NCBI GenBank assembly: GCA_963797545.1
Contig: CAWCPU010000003.1
Span: forward strand, 54,703 to 118,702
Reading direction: 5' to 3'
Source of the DNA: an uncultured delta proteobacterium
GTDB lineage: Bacteria; Desulfobacterota; Binatia; UTPRO1
DNA: 64,000 nt
Below, one piece after another: positions 1 to 9,215 of the stretch. A program made the position numbers and the translations under genes. The notes below the pieces were generated by a model, which did no database searches, was not told the origin of the DNA, and worked only from the letters and a program-made list of their open reading frames with translations. The stretch's first letter is position 1; each line of letters starts with the position of its first letter.

Positions 1-323
1 GGCCTTCAGGAAACACTACGCCCTGGGCACCCGGAACTTGATAGTTTTCGTGGCTGCATATCCCACGGCCCACACGCTCGCGTGCCTTCGCTTCGCCGGT
101 CGCGTTACCGTGACCGTCGCCAGGCTCGCTACCGGCCGGGCGGGCTCACCCCTGGCCGGGCGGGTTTCGCACCCGCTGGACGATGAACGAAGTTTCATCA
201 AGTTCATCGCATAACTTGACTCCTCTCCGACCAGCCTCGCCTGGTCGCACAGTGCCGCCTACCGACTTGTCGGACGCGCGCCCAGATTCGCGGCTATTCG
301 GCTCAAATACGGCTCTTGCAACG

Positions 324-1705
324 TCACAGGCACTTGATTTCGACCGTGGCGGCGGCGTCACCGATGGACGATTCGAGATCGACGAACGGAACTGAAGTTA
401 CCACCTTCATGTTGGTGAGCCGACCGGACACGATGATCGAACTGCAACTGCGCACCGCGCCGGTCACCTGGGTGATGCAGGTCGAGCACCCCGCTCCGGC
501 GTGATCGAGCAGGTTGTTGTCCGTGTTGTTGGCATCGAACACGGTGGCACGCGCGACGCCGGTCGTGAGGAACGCACGGACGTCGGCCGGCGCGCTGTAG
601 GTGTCGTCGGCGGTGCACTGCTGGCCATCCGGACCGACATCCGTCACGAGCTGCAACGTCAGGTACTCGATGAGGCGCGCGCCGCCGATCGGGAAGGTGC
701 CGCTCTCGACGTACTCGACCGGGCTGTTGCAGACGCCGGGGTGGAGGTTGTTCAGGTTGCACGTCCCGACCGACGACTCGAGGCAGGCGTCCCCGATCGT
801 GCCGTCCGGCCGCGTCCGCGTATCGTCACACTGGGGATCCTGCGGCAGCCCCCCAGTCGAGCCGGCGGGTTGTTGGTGTTGTGGTCGATCTGCGTACGGA
901 CGTCGATGCCCGCCTCGCCGCCGTCGCAATCGATCTTCCCACTGCCATCGACGCCGGTCGGGAATATGCACGCCCTGACCTCGGTGCCGAACGCATTGAA
1001 AACGACCGGGTCGAAGTGGATCAAGCTCGCCGGGATGCTGACCTGGCGGACGCCGTTCGCATCCTGGGATCCGAACAGCAAGGTCTGCGAGCCGCTCAGA
1101 CCGTCCGTGAGTCGGACGTCGCCGACGCCGGGGAAGTTCTTGATCTGCAGCGCGATCTTGCTCTCGCTACCGCCGAAGGTGCATGAGCGTGCCGCGGGCG
1201 TGACCGTCGGCGTGGGAGTCGGGGTGCGCGTCGGCGGCGGCCCGGTCAGCGTCGGCGTTGCGGTCGGCGTCGGCGTTGCGGTCGGCGGGCTGGCGGGCAC
1301 GGAGGTCGGGGTGCGCGTCGGCGTCGGCACGGTCAGCGTCGGCGTTGCGCTCGGTGGCGGATCGCAATTGCACGACGTCGGTGCCGGCGGACATACGATC
1401 GGCGCGGCGGCGTCCTTGGCGCTGAACTGTCCCTTGCCGCCGGTGATCGGTGGGTCCGTGCCTGAGTCCTGCTTCACGAAGCCGCCGAAGCTCGCGCAAT
1501 AGGTCGTCGCGCCGCTGCTGAAACGGACCGCGACCGCACCCTGGCTCGGCTCGTCGAGGGAGTAGCCGATCGGCTGCACTTTCGCCTGACAGACGATTTC
1601 AGAAGCTTCGCGTCCTTCACCGCGGCGACATTGCAGGGGCCGTTCGTGAAACGGGTGTCCTTGTACTTGAAGCCCAGCCTTGGAGGCGCGCCGCTTGCCC
1701 GCCAA
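324..1705 (-). CDS. Secreted repeat protein segment (PT-rich linkers plus Cys-containing beta-rich domains); probably the C-terminal continuation of the delta-60 protein upstream, broken by frameshifts near 900 and 1640; alternatively a separate gene starting at M1705
   Basis: Minus-strand ORFs 752..1705 and 324..971 translate to a protein-like sequence (TPTPTATPT linkers, conserved Cys, no Arg-rich junk). The frames change where the upstream ORF's translation degenerates into R/S-rich junk. Confidence 0.4.
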
Positions 1706-3413
1706 CTGCCTCCAGCGCTTGGGAGGCAGAAGCAGACCGCCTCATCGCTGCCGCTCGCATTGTACACCTGGACGGTCGCGCCGTTGGCAACAGGATCGAT
1801 GCCGGTGCTCGGGGTCGTGTCGATGGCGGTGTCTTTCGAGAGGAATATGACCTTCCGTTTCGTGTGGTCGGCGTTGTCTTTGATCAAAATCTTCTTGCCG
1901 CTGATCAGTGCCGGTATAGGTGTATCAGTCGGGGTCGGCGTCACCGTTGCCGTCGGAGTGGGAGTGACGGTACTTGCTGGCGGAGAACACGTGCAATCGG
2001 AAAGACATCGACCCGGACACGCGGTGTCGGCTGATCCGTCGCACTGCTCTCCGCCTTCGAGACTGCCATTCCCGCATGTACCGCCAAGGTAGCGCACCAC
2101 CGCGACCCGGTAGTCGGAATACCCCGCCGCTACGATCTTCCCATCGGGCTGGACCGCGACACCAGCGGAGGAGTTCGCCCAGGTTTCGGGTATCGAAGTC
2201 CTCACCTTACCGCCGGAACCGAACGTGCCGTCGAGGGTTCCATCGCTCGTGTAGCGAACGATGGCGAAGTCGGTCGGCGGCATCCAGGCGAACTCTTCAT
2301 CGGACGCTCCACCCACCACCACGATCTTTCCGTCGGATTGCAGGGCCGCTCCCTCGACGAAGTCCCACGTCGCTCCCACACCCGTGGTCACTATTCCACC
2401 GGTCCCGAAGCTCCCATCGATTGTCCCGTCCGGATTATAATGGGTAACAGCGAAGCCGTTGGGCACGCCGTTACCCGCCGCGAGAAACTTGCCGTCCGAT
2501 TGAAGGAGGAGAGCCTCGTTACCGATCGTTGTTGCCACCCCTCCGCCTATTCCGAAGGTCGTGTCCAGGCTCCCGCTGGCGTTATAGCGGAAGACGAAAC
2601 CGTCCGCTGCTCCAACGAGGAGCTTGCCGTCAGACTCGCAGACTACGACGTCCGCGCCACCGCTCGGTCCGATAACCTTACCACCCGTGCCGAAGCTGGC
2701 GTCAAGACTCCCGTTGGCGTTGAACCGGACGAGTGCGAGATTGAACGGCCCCGCAACCGACGAAGGTCCCGTCCAGCCGGCGGCAACGAGCTTCCCGTCG
2801 GGCTGGCGAATTACGGCCTCGGCACCCTCGTGTCCACTGAGCGCCGTGGTGACCTTCCCGCCATTGCCGAAAGTGCCGTCGAGGCTTCCATCACTATTGT
2901 AGCGGCTCAACGCGAAATCAAAGGCGCCGCTCGTATCCGTCGCCCAGCCGGCCGCCACAAGCTTCCCGTCTGGCTGGCCAGGAGCGCACGGGCCTCACTG
3001 TCGAATGTGAAGGCAGTCTCCACCTCACCACCGCTGCCAAACGTCCCGTCAAGAGTGCCATCGGTATCGTAGCGGACAAGCGCGAAATTGTACCCCCCCC
3101 CCGCCACGACAATCCTCCCGTCTGGCTGAAGTACTACAGCCCACGCTGTCGCCGAGTTTACCGTAGTCGTCACCACCACACCGTTCGTTCCGAATGCGGG
3201 ATCGAGGTCACCCGGGCTCGCCCTCGTCACTTCAGGGAGTGCGACCGCCGCCAACGAGAGCAGAGCGAACAATCCGCGCCATACCGCACCGCGCGTCGGC
3301 TCACCGCTCAGGGCTGCCGCAGGCACCGGTGCTGGGCCAGAGTCGGCTAGGTGGCGGTTCGACCCGTTATGCCCGCACGTGCGCACGTTCCTGCTCGTAG
3401 AGTGCTTCACCAT
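1474..3413 (-). CDS. Secreted delta-60 repeat protein (about nine DGSLDxxFGxGG repeats) with a Myxococcales-type Cys-rich repeat and PT linker; apparent frameshift between 2907 and 2958
   Basis: Repeated DGxLDxxFGxGGxV motifs. N-terminal signal-like segment RGAVWRGLFALLSLAAVALPEVTRA. GGTCGNGSLEGGEQCDGSADTACPGRCLSDC Cys-rich repeat followed by TPTPTATVTPTPT linker. ORFs 2907..3413 and 1474..2958 are in different frames but carry contiguous homology. Confidence 0.6.
3093..3102. repeat. C10 homopolymer tract inside the delta-60 repeat gene (encodes GGG on the minus strand)
   Basis: Sequence tacccccccccccgcc read directly; it lies in frame in ORF 2907..3413. Confidence 0.9.
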
Positions 3414-3659
3414 CGTGTCCTCCCGTTGCGGTGTTCACGGGCCGCACCGCACGCGACGCGGAAACCAGTCGTCTGCTGCCAGAGCAAATACGGTGCCCCA
3501 TGGCATGCGGCTGATTTCAGCGTGTCGTGTTCCGAGCGCTGAGAATGCGCGCCGCGTCACCTTCGCGGGGATGCGACGCCGCGACTCCGTGGAAGCCGCA
3601 GCCACACATCGCTCAGCGCCAACGCGATCGAACGGGGGTCGATAGTCGACATTAGCCGC

Positions 3660-3722
3660 CTGGTTAACACTTTACCGGTTATGGGACGCGCCGCTGTTCG
3701 CCGCCTATTCGCTTCATACGGC
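3660..3722 (+). repeat. Copy A of a ~65-80 bp intergenic direct repeat (ctggttaac..tttacc..gttat..ggacgc.ccgctgttcgcc..attcgc..atacgg)
   Basis: About 85% identical to 7534..7614 in the same orientation; contains a GTTAAC-centred hairpin-like palindrome. Confidence 0.6.
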
Positions 3723-4080
3723 CTCCGGCACCGCGCGGAGCGGCAGAGAAGCGTCGGCCATCGCGGGTCGGGCTCTAGTCCGCCTCGTCGTTAGTTTGCG
3801 TGGGATTCCATCTCCCCATCCGAGAGAAAGATCGAGAAGAATCATGCACTAGCGATCGGCGGGTACTGTGAGCAAAGCGCTGGATCATGTCGCCGAGACT
3901 TTGCGCATGCACGAACGGCTTGCGCGGCACGGTGATCGACGTTGGCATGGCACGGTCGCTGCTTGAAGTCCGCGTGCGCCAGGACTCGTAGACGCACGAC
4001 GAGACGGTGGCCTGTCACGCCGCGTGTTGCATTCTTCTGTCGGCGGACCGTCCACACGGACGCCAAACGAGGGAGATGTC

Positions 4081-4904
4081 ATGTTCGTATCGAGCAGCGG
4101 GATTCGGATGCGATTGATGATGGCGGTCGCAACAGCTCTCGTCTTTGCCTGCGGGTGCGGCGAGGGGGACGAGAACAGTCGCACGCTGACCGCCGCCACT
4201 ATCGCGAGTGGCATCCATGACGCCTCGGTGATGCGGAGCGGTGAATCGGTCGCGAGCATCGCCAACGTGCTTCGCAACGCCGACAGGGTTTCGATCCTCG
4301 TCTATCTCGACCCCTTCGCGAACCTTGACTTCGGCGGCACCGTCACGGACGACGGCATGGTCACGGCTGCTGGCTCGCTCTTCACCGGTGACGTCGGGGT
4401 TTCGGGAACTGGGACGGCGACGTTCCGTAGGGGCGACAGGGGACAGATCGTCTCGGGTTCGTTCACGGTCGGCGCAAGTCCGGACACCACGACGTTCACG
4501 TTGACGCGGTCGGACGACGCCGATGCAACCACGTTCAGCGGCACCTACCGCATCCGACTGACAACAGCCCAAGGTGCGATTGTGCGTCCACGTTCGAGCT
4601 GGTGTTGACATTCGACTCGGCCGGAGGTGCGGTGTTCGAAGCGACGACGGAGCGTCGCGAGACTGGTGCGGCGCTCGGTATGATCTCCCGTGGCGTAGCG
4701 TTGGTGTCGCCCGACGGCCGGATCCGCGTGACGGCGGCCTACGAACCCCCGACGGATACGCAGCTACCCGTGGAGCTTCTGTTGATCGGCCAAGCGGTCC
4801 GATCAGGACGCAACGTGACGGCAACGGGTGACGCGTTTACCGTCCGCCTTGGCGCTACCGCCCCGTTCCACCTCGGCCCGTGGAACGGCGAACGAATCGA
4901 TTGA
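4081..4904 (+). CDS. Putative lipoprotein (signal MRLMMAVATALVFACGC), frameshifted near 4590
   Basis: GGGAG RBS 6 nt upstream of ATG 4081. Lipobox-like LVFAC. The protein continues in the +1 frame (ORF 4602..4904) after ...AQGAIVRPR. Confidence 0.5.
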
Positions 4905-5263
4905 CGCTAGACGACGTCGTGAATGCGGTCGAGCTGCTACGCCGGCGGACAAGAACGCCGAGGGCGTTGGCGACCCCGACACTCACCTGGTCGCGTACCA
5001 GACGCTGGCCAGCCCAAGCACGCTCCACGAATCGGCGTCTTGGTCGCCAACCAGTTCGGGAATGCGAGACTCGATACGCAGAAAGAGCTCGAGCTCTGCT
5101 GTAGCGAACGGCAGGACAGGCGCGAACGTCCGAGTGTGCGAAATATGTCAACCCGCCAGAGCAAACAGCCCGCTAAAAAGTCTCGTTAGGGAAATAGGGA
5201 AGAAACTCGGAGGCGGTGGACGTCCGATAAGGGGAATACTGTCACCCAAGACGCTTAGGGACT

Positions 5264-5286
5264 GCTAAACAATGAAGTTTACAAAT
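5264..5286 (+). repeat. Left terminal inverted repeat of the ISAzo13-family IS
   Basis: Exact reverse complement of 6579-6601. Confidence 0.9.
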
Positions 5287-5314
5287 CGTGTGAGTAACGT
5301 TCGAAGGCCGATGG

Positions 5315-6550
5315 TCAATTCGGCAGCAGGGTGTAGTTCCAATCGGGATGGAACGAATGACCTCGCAGTCGCAGCTCCTTCATTTCATTGGCAGACACTT
5401 CCTGGCCGGTCTCGTAGTCCCGCGTGTCGAGCAAAGCCTTGACCGTGAGCCCGCCGCGGGTCCGAGTGCTTCCGATCAGATTCACGACCGTCTCGTAGCT
5501 CACCAACGGTGTGCCACGCCAGTTCATGCTGATGAACGAAAACAGCCGATGCTCGATCTTGTTCCATTTACTCGTGCCGGGTGGATAGTGCGACACCGAA
5601 ACCGGAATGCCGATCTCGTTGGCCAGTCGCTGCAGGTGAAGCTTCCACGCGCGAAGGCGGTTCCCGTTGCTTCCCCCAGCGTCGGCGCAGATCAAGAGCC
5701 GGCGCGCTCGAGGATAGCTCCGCCGGCCGAGCATCCGCCACCAGCGCCGGATGCTCGCCACGGCGAACTCCGCCGTGTCGTGGCTCACCCCGACGTTCAC
5801 CAGCGCTTTGTCGAGGGCGACATCGTAGGTGCCGTAGGGGATCGCCTTTCCGCGCCCAAGCTGGGGGAAGTCATGCACATGGACCTGCGTGGCGTCTCCC
5901 TGCCGCTGCCAGCGCCGCCCCGCGTTTTTGAAGGCTCCCACGAGTTCTTTCTTCTTGGTGTCGACCGACACCACGGGATCGCGGCGCCGCACAAACGCCT
6001 TGACCTGGGCATTGATGTACCGGAACTGAGCGTCTCGGTCCGGATGCTGGGCACCCTCGATGGTCTTCACGTTGGCCTGCAACGAGTAGTCCATGTCGTG
6101 CAAACAACGACCCACGGTCACAGCGCTCACCGTATGGCCGCGGCGGGAGAGTTCCTCGGCGATGGTGCGGGTAGATTTGCTTGTCCATTTGAGCAGGCTC
6201 ATCGGATCACCCGCCGTGGTCTCCTCAACGATGCGAGTGAGCTCACGCTTCAATCTGGGCTCCACTTCCTCCACGCGCTTGCGCCCAGATCCGGCGCGCC
6301 GAATCCGCCCAGCCTCCGCCGTCGACATGCGCCGTGCCGATCGCAGTTGCGCGGTGCCCTTGTAGATGGTGGGTCGCGACATCCCTGTCAGCTGCGACAC
6401 CCGACTGATTCCGCCTCGACCCAGCGCGAGCGCTTTCTCTGCGACGAACAGACGCGCCTGTGCCTCGTTGAGCGTACCAAGCACCCTCAACCAGCGCCGC
6501 TCGGCCGGCGATACTGCACCCTCCAACGCCACCCGCCCATACTCCCGCAC
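5315..6550 (-). CDS. DDE transposase, ISAzo13 family (DDE_Tnp_ISAZ013-like)
   Basis: 411 aa with motifs ICADAGGSNGNRLRAWK, SHYPPGTSKWNKIEHRLFS, NWRGTPL typical of ISAzo13-family transposases; no frameshifts. Confidence 0.85.
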   Translation of the reverse strand: MREYGRVALEGAVSPAERRWLRVLGTLNEAQARLFVAEKALALGRGGISRVSQLTGMSRPTIYKGTAQLRSARRMSTAEAGRIRRAGSGRKRVEEVEPRLKRELTRIVEETTAGDPMSLLKWTSKSTRTIAEELSRRGHTVSAVTVGRCLHDMDYSLQANVKTIEGAQHPDRDAQFRYINAQVKAFVRRRDPVVSVDTKKKELVGAFKNAGRRWQRQGDATQVHVHDFPQLGRGKAIPYGTYDVALDKALVNVGVSHDTAEFAVASIRRWWRMLGRRSYPRARRLLICADAGGSNGNRLRAWKLHLQRLANEIGIPVSVSHYPPGTSKWNKIEHRLFSFISMNWRGTPLVSYETVVNLIGSTRTRGGLTVKALLDTRDYETGQEVSANEMKELRLRGHSFHPDWNYTLLPN

Positions 6551-6578
6551 TCATATGGCAGATAGCAAAAGCCCAACT

Positions 6579-6601
6579 ATTTGTAAACTTCATTGTTTAG
6601 C
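6579..6601 (-). repeat. Right terminal inverted repeat of the ISAzo13-family IS
   Basis: Exact reverse complement of 5264-5286. Confidence 0.9.
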
Positions 6602-6927
6602 AAGCCCTTAGCGCGTCCTATCGACCCTCTCGACTCGACCCGCCTCTTCGGTGCCCGCGCGGCTGCCCATGCTCTTCCGCTGAGGGCGCGGCCCACCCAC
6701 TCGGCGACCGGCACGGCAGCTACTCGGACATGGTGGCGCACGCGATGGGCGAGATCGAAGCGAGGCCGCCGATGAGGGGCGCGTCAGAACGAAACGAAGT
6801 CGATGGGACGCTGAAAGTCGGGTGGTGGCCTTGTGCGACGAGGTGCAGTCACGCGAGGAGAGCGGCCGGCGGCGTCAGGGTGCTGTCGCCGGGTCGTGCC
6901 TCGCGATCCGCGCGCGCGTGGTCGCTG

Positions 6928-7500
6928 TCACGCCGCCGGAGCCGCCGCGGAATCGTAGGTGGGCCTCAGCTCCGCGTCGCCCCAGCGCTCCAGATAGTCG
7001 CCTCGGACCCCGAGGCAGACGCCGTGCTGGTACCGGCAGCCGTTGCACTTCTCGGCATAGGTGTTCGGCGAGATCTTCGACTCCCAGAGCGCGAAGGTCG
7101 CGCGCGGCGTCACGACGAGCACCTTGTCCTCACGCAGGTCGACGACGTGGTCCTCGTACCCCGGCAGCATGCAGCGTGGGATGTGCCGGGAGCGCACGGT
7201 GACGCCCAGCCGCTTGCCGCGTTCGAACGCCGCCACGATGCCGTCACGCATCTCCGAGACCGTCGGCAGCGACTCGAGATTGCCCCGGTTGCGGTCGCTC
7301 AACGAGACCAGCCAGAGATTGAAGGTGTCGATGCCGCGACCGGCCCAGTGCTCGACGATGTCGGCGAGATGCATCCACGTGTCGTGCTTGATGATGAGCT
7401 CACCGGTCGGCTTGCGGCCGAGCGCCTTCAAATTGCGCACGCCTTCCGTCACCAGCGACAGCGCGTCCGGCCGCCCCATGATGCGCGCGTAGAGCTCGTC
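6928..7500 (-). pseudogene. 5'-truncated radical SAM-like enzyme fragment (TIM-barrel part plus C-terminal CxxC region; N-terminal CxxxCxxC motif missing)
   Basis: Translation ...ELYARIMGRPDALSLVTEGVRNLKALG...KCNGCRYQHGVCLGV resembles the distal two thirds of a radical SAM protein. An in-frame stop lies just upstream at about 7500, abutting repeat copy B. Confidence 0.4.
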
Positions 7501-7533
7501 GGTTGGTAGTCCGCATCAGGGACGTTTTCGCGG

Positions 7534-7614
7534 CTGGTTAACGGTTTACCCGTTATCGGACGCTCCGCTGTTCGCCGGCCCATTCGCCCCATTCGCCATT
7601 CGCCTAATACGGGG
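7534..7614 (+). repeat. Copy B of the intergenic direct repeat (contains a 3x attcgcc expansion)
   Basis: Aligns with 3660..3722; sits exactly between the truncated rSAM fragment and the 3' end of the IS91-family transposase. Confidence 0.6.
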
Positions 7615-7731
7615 CGGATGAAGCGGGCTCGCCAGGCCCCCGCCCCCGCCGGACGGCAGCTACACCGGGCACGAGCTCGGCGTCAAGACACACTGCGGCC
7701 GCACGGCTCGGAGACGCGTCGCGGCAGTCGC

Positions 7732-9090
7732 TCAGGAAGGGAAGTCGAACGACAGTTCGGGTCCCCGCGGCGGCGGGCGCGCGGGAGCGGCTTCGGGCAT
7801 CGCGGTCGACAATCCGAGGTGGCGCAGAATCCGCTCAACCACTGGCGGCTCTTCGATCGTGGCGATGAAGCGCAAGCGGCCGCCGCAGCTACAGGCAAGA
7901 ATATCGATTTCGAACACCCGGCGAAGAAGCTCGGCCCACGAAAAATAGTGGCGCGGTGGCCGTGGTGGGCGGCTCGATGGCGGCGCCAGCGCGGCGTCTG
8001 TCGCGGTGCCGGCGGGTGCGGACGGTATCGACGACGTCGCGGGGATCGGGGACGAGGCGGACGCCAGCAGAAGCGCGGGCGTGGCGGTCGACGGAACGAC
8101 GGGCGCTCTCGAGGTGCGCGCCGCGATCGGCGCCGCGATCGGCGGCGCGGGCGCGCGCGGGGCGGGCAGCGCGCCCAGCACCGCGGCACGATGGCGCGCG
8201 CGCGCGGCAAGAAGCCCATGGTACACGACAAGATTCACCCGCGGCTTCGGAATCAGGACGGCGAGCTTCTCCAAGAACTCGACCGGGGTGAAGACGAGCG
8301 CCTGCGTGCCGTCCGCCCACGGTCGCGCGAGCGTGAGGCCGACCCGGCCGTCGGGAAGCAGCTCGAGGCGTTCCTGCGCGAGCGGCGGGCGTAAGAGATA
8401 GTGCGCCAGCCGTTCGAGCCCTCCGCGATCGTCGGCGCGCACGGTGCGGCCGGCGTGGAGATCGAAGCTCGCGTGGCGCGCGTGCCAGGGCGTCTCGGGC
8501 TTCGGCGTGTACGCGTCGGGATCGCTGCCGAGCCGCGCGACGCGCGCCTGCGGCGCGCGCCCGAGGAGGCTCCGCCCGGCCACCGACGCGGCGCACAGCG
8601 CCGCCAGCGCCGGCGCGTCCTCGGCGAGTGGATCAATCGCACCATCATCATCGGATGCGGCGAGCGCGAGCCCGTGACGCGCGAGGAGGCGCTCGATGCG
8701 GCGCGCGATCGCGGCGACGAGCCGCGCGAGCTCACGCGCCGTCGGCGGCGGTGCGGGCACGAAGCGCCACGCGTTTCCGTCGCGCGTAAAAACACCGTCG
8801 AGACAGAGTGTATGGAAATGAATATTGAGATTAGATACCAACGGCAGGCTCAGCACCCATTGTCGCATGGGCACGGCGGGCAGCACGCGGTCGACGAGGT
8901 GCGCGGCGCGTTCGGCGCGTCTCGCAGCGCGCGTCATCCCGCGCCGCGGCCATGACCGACGGCATCGCATCGGCATCACCCGGCCGGCGTGGTCACGCAT
9001 CGGTACGAGTAGACGGCCTCCGAGTGGTCCTCCTGTGCCCGTCGACCGGCGATGCGCGCTGAACGGGCGCGCCATCGACATCGACGTCAC
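7732..9090 (-). CDS. IS91-family HUH/Y2 rolling-circle transposase, N-terminally truncated (zinc-finger N-terminus missing)
   Basis: Motifs VPMRQWVLSLP, HUH motif NIHFHTLCLDGVF, tyrosine motif LAHYLLRPPLAQERL, C-terminal CSCGGRLRFIATI...ERILRHLGL. The ORF begins about 125 bp upstream of parC with no room for the usual N-terminal ~100 aa. Confidence 0.7.
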   Translation of the reverse strand: MTSMSMARPFSAHRRSTGTGGPLGGRLLVPMRDHAGRVMPMRCRRSWPRRGMTRAARRAERAAHLVDRVLPAVPMRQWVLSLPLVSNLNIHFHTLCLDGVFTRDGNAWRFVPAPPPTARELARLVAAIARRIERLLARHGLALAASDDDGAIDPLAEDAPALAALCAASVAGRSLLGRAPQARVARLGSDPDAYTPKPETPWHARHASFDLHAGRTVRADDRGGLERLAHYLLRPPLAQERLELLPDGRVGLTLARPWADGTQALVFTPVEFLEKLAVLIPKPRVNLVVYHGLLAARARHRAAVLGALPAPRAPAPPIAAPIAARTSRAPVVPSTATPALLLASASSPIPATSSIPSAPAGTATDAALAPPSSRPPRPPRHYFSWAELLRRVFEIDILACSCGGRLRFIATIEEPPVVERILRHLGLSTAMPEAAPARPPPRGPELSFDFPS

Positions 9091-9215
9091 TCATGGCAAT
9101 GCGCGGACGATGAGCGTCGTACTCCTGCGCCCGGCCTGCTACGATGCGCGGCGCGTGGCCGCGGCACCTCTCGCGAGGCGCGGGCGCGACGAACACGGGA
9201 GGATGAGGAGGCCGC

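Larger units (their letters stand above)
5257..6608 (-). mobile_element. Insertion sequence, ISAzo13 family, apparently complete (single transposase ORF, perfect 23-bp terminal inverted repeats)
   Basis: Transposase ORF 5315..6550 is flanked by the perfect inverted repeat gctaaacaatgaagtttacaaat (5264-5286) and its reverse complement (6579-6601). The inverted repeats extend imperfectly to about 30-36 bp. Confidence 0.8.

Noticed and set aside
1200-1400. Short tandem DNA repeats (cgtcggcgttgcggtcggcg units) that could be mistaken for a CRISPR-like or VNTR array
   Set aside because: They are the coding sequence of PT-rich linkers (TPTPTATPT) in the secreted repeat protein; no spacer/repeat periodicity.
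7618-8955. Several 180-260-aa ORFs (7618..8394, 7683..8231, 7889..8596, 8253..8795, 8401..8955) overlapping the IS91 transposase in other frames
   Set aside because: R/A/P-rich junk; only the 7732..9090 minus frame shows transposase motifs.
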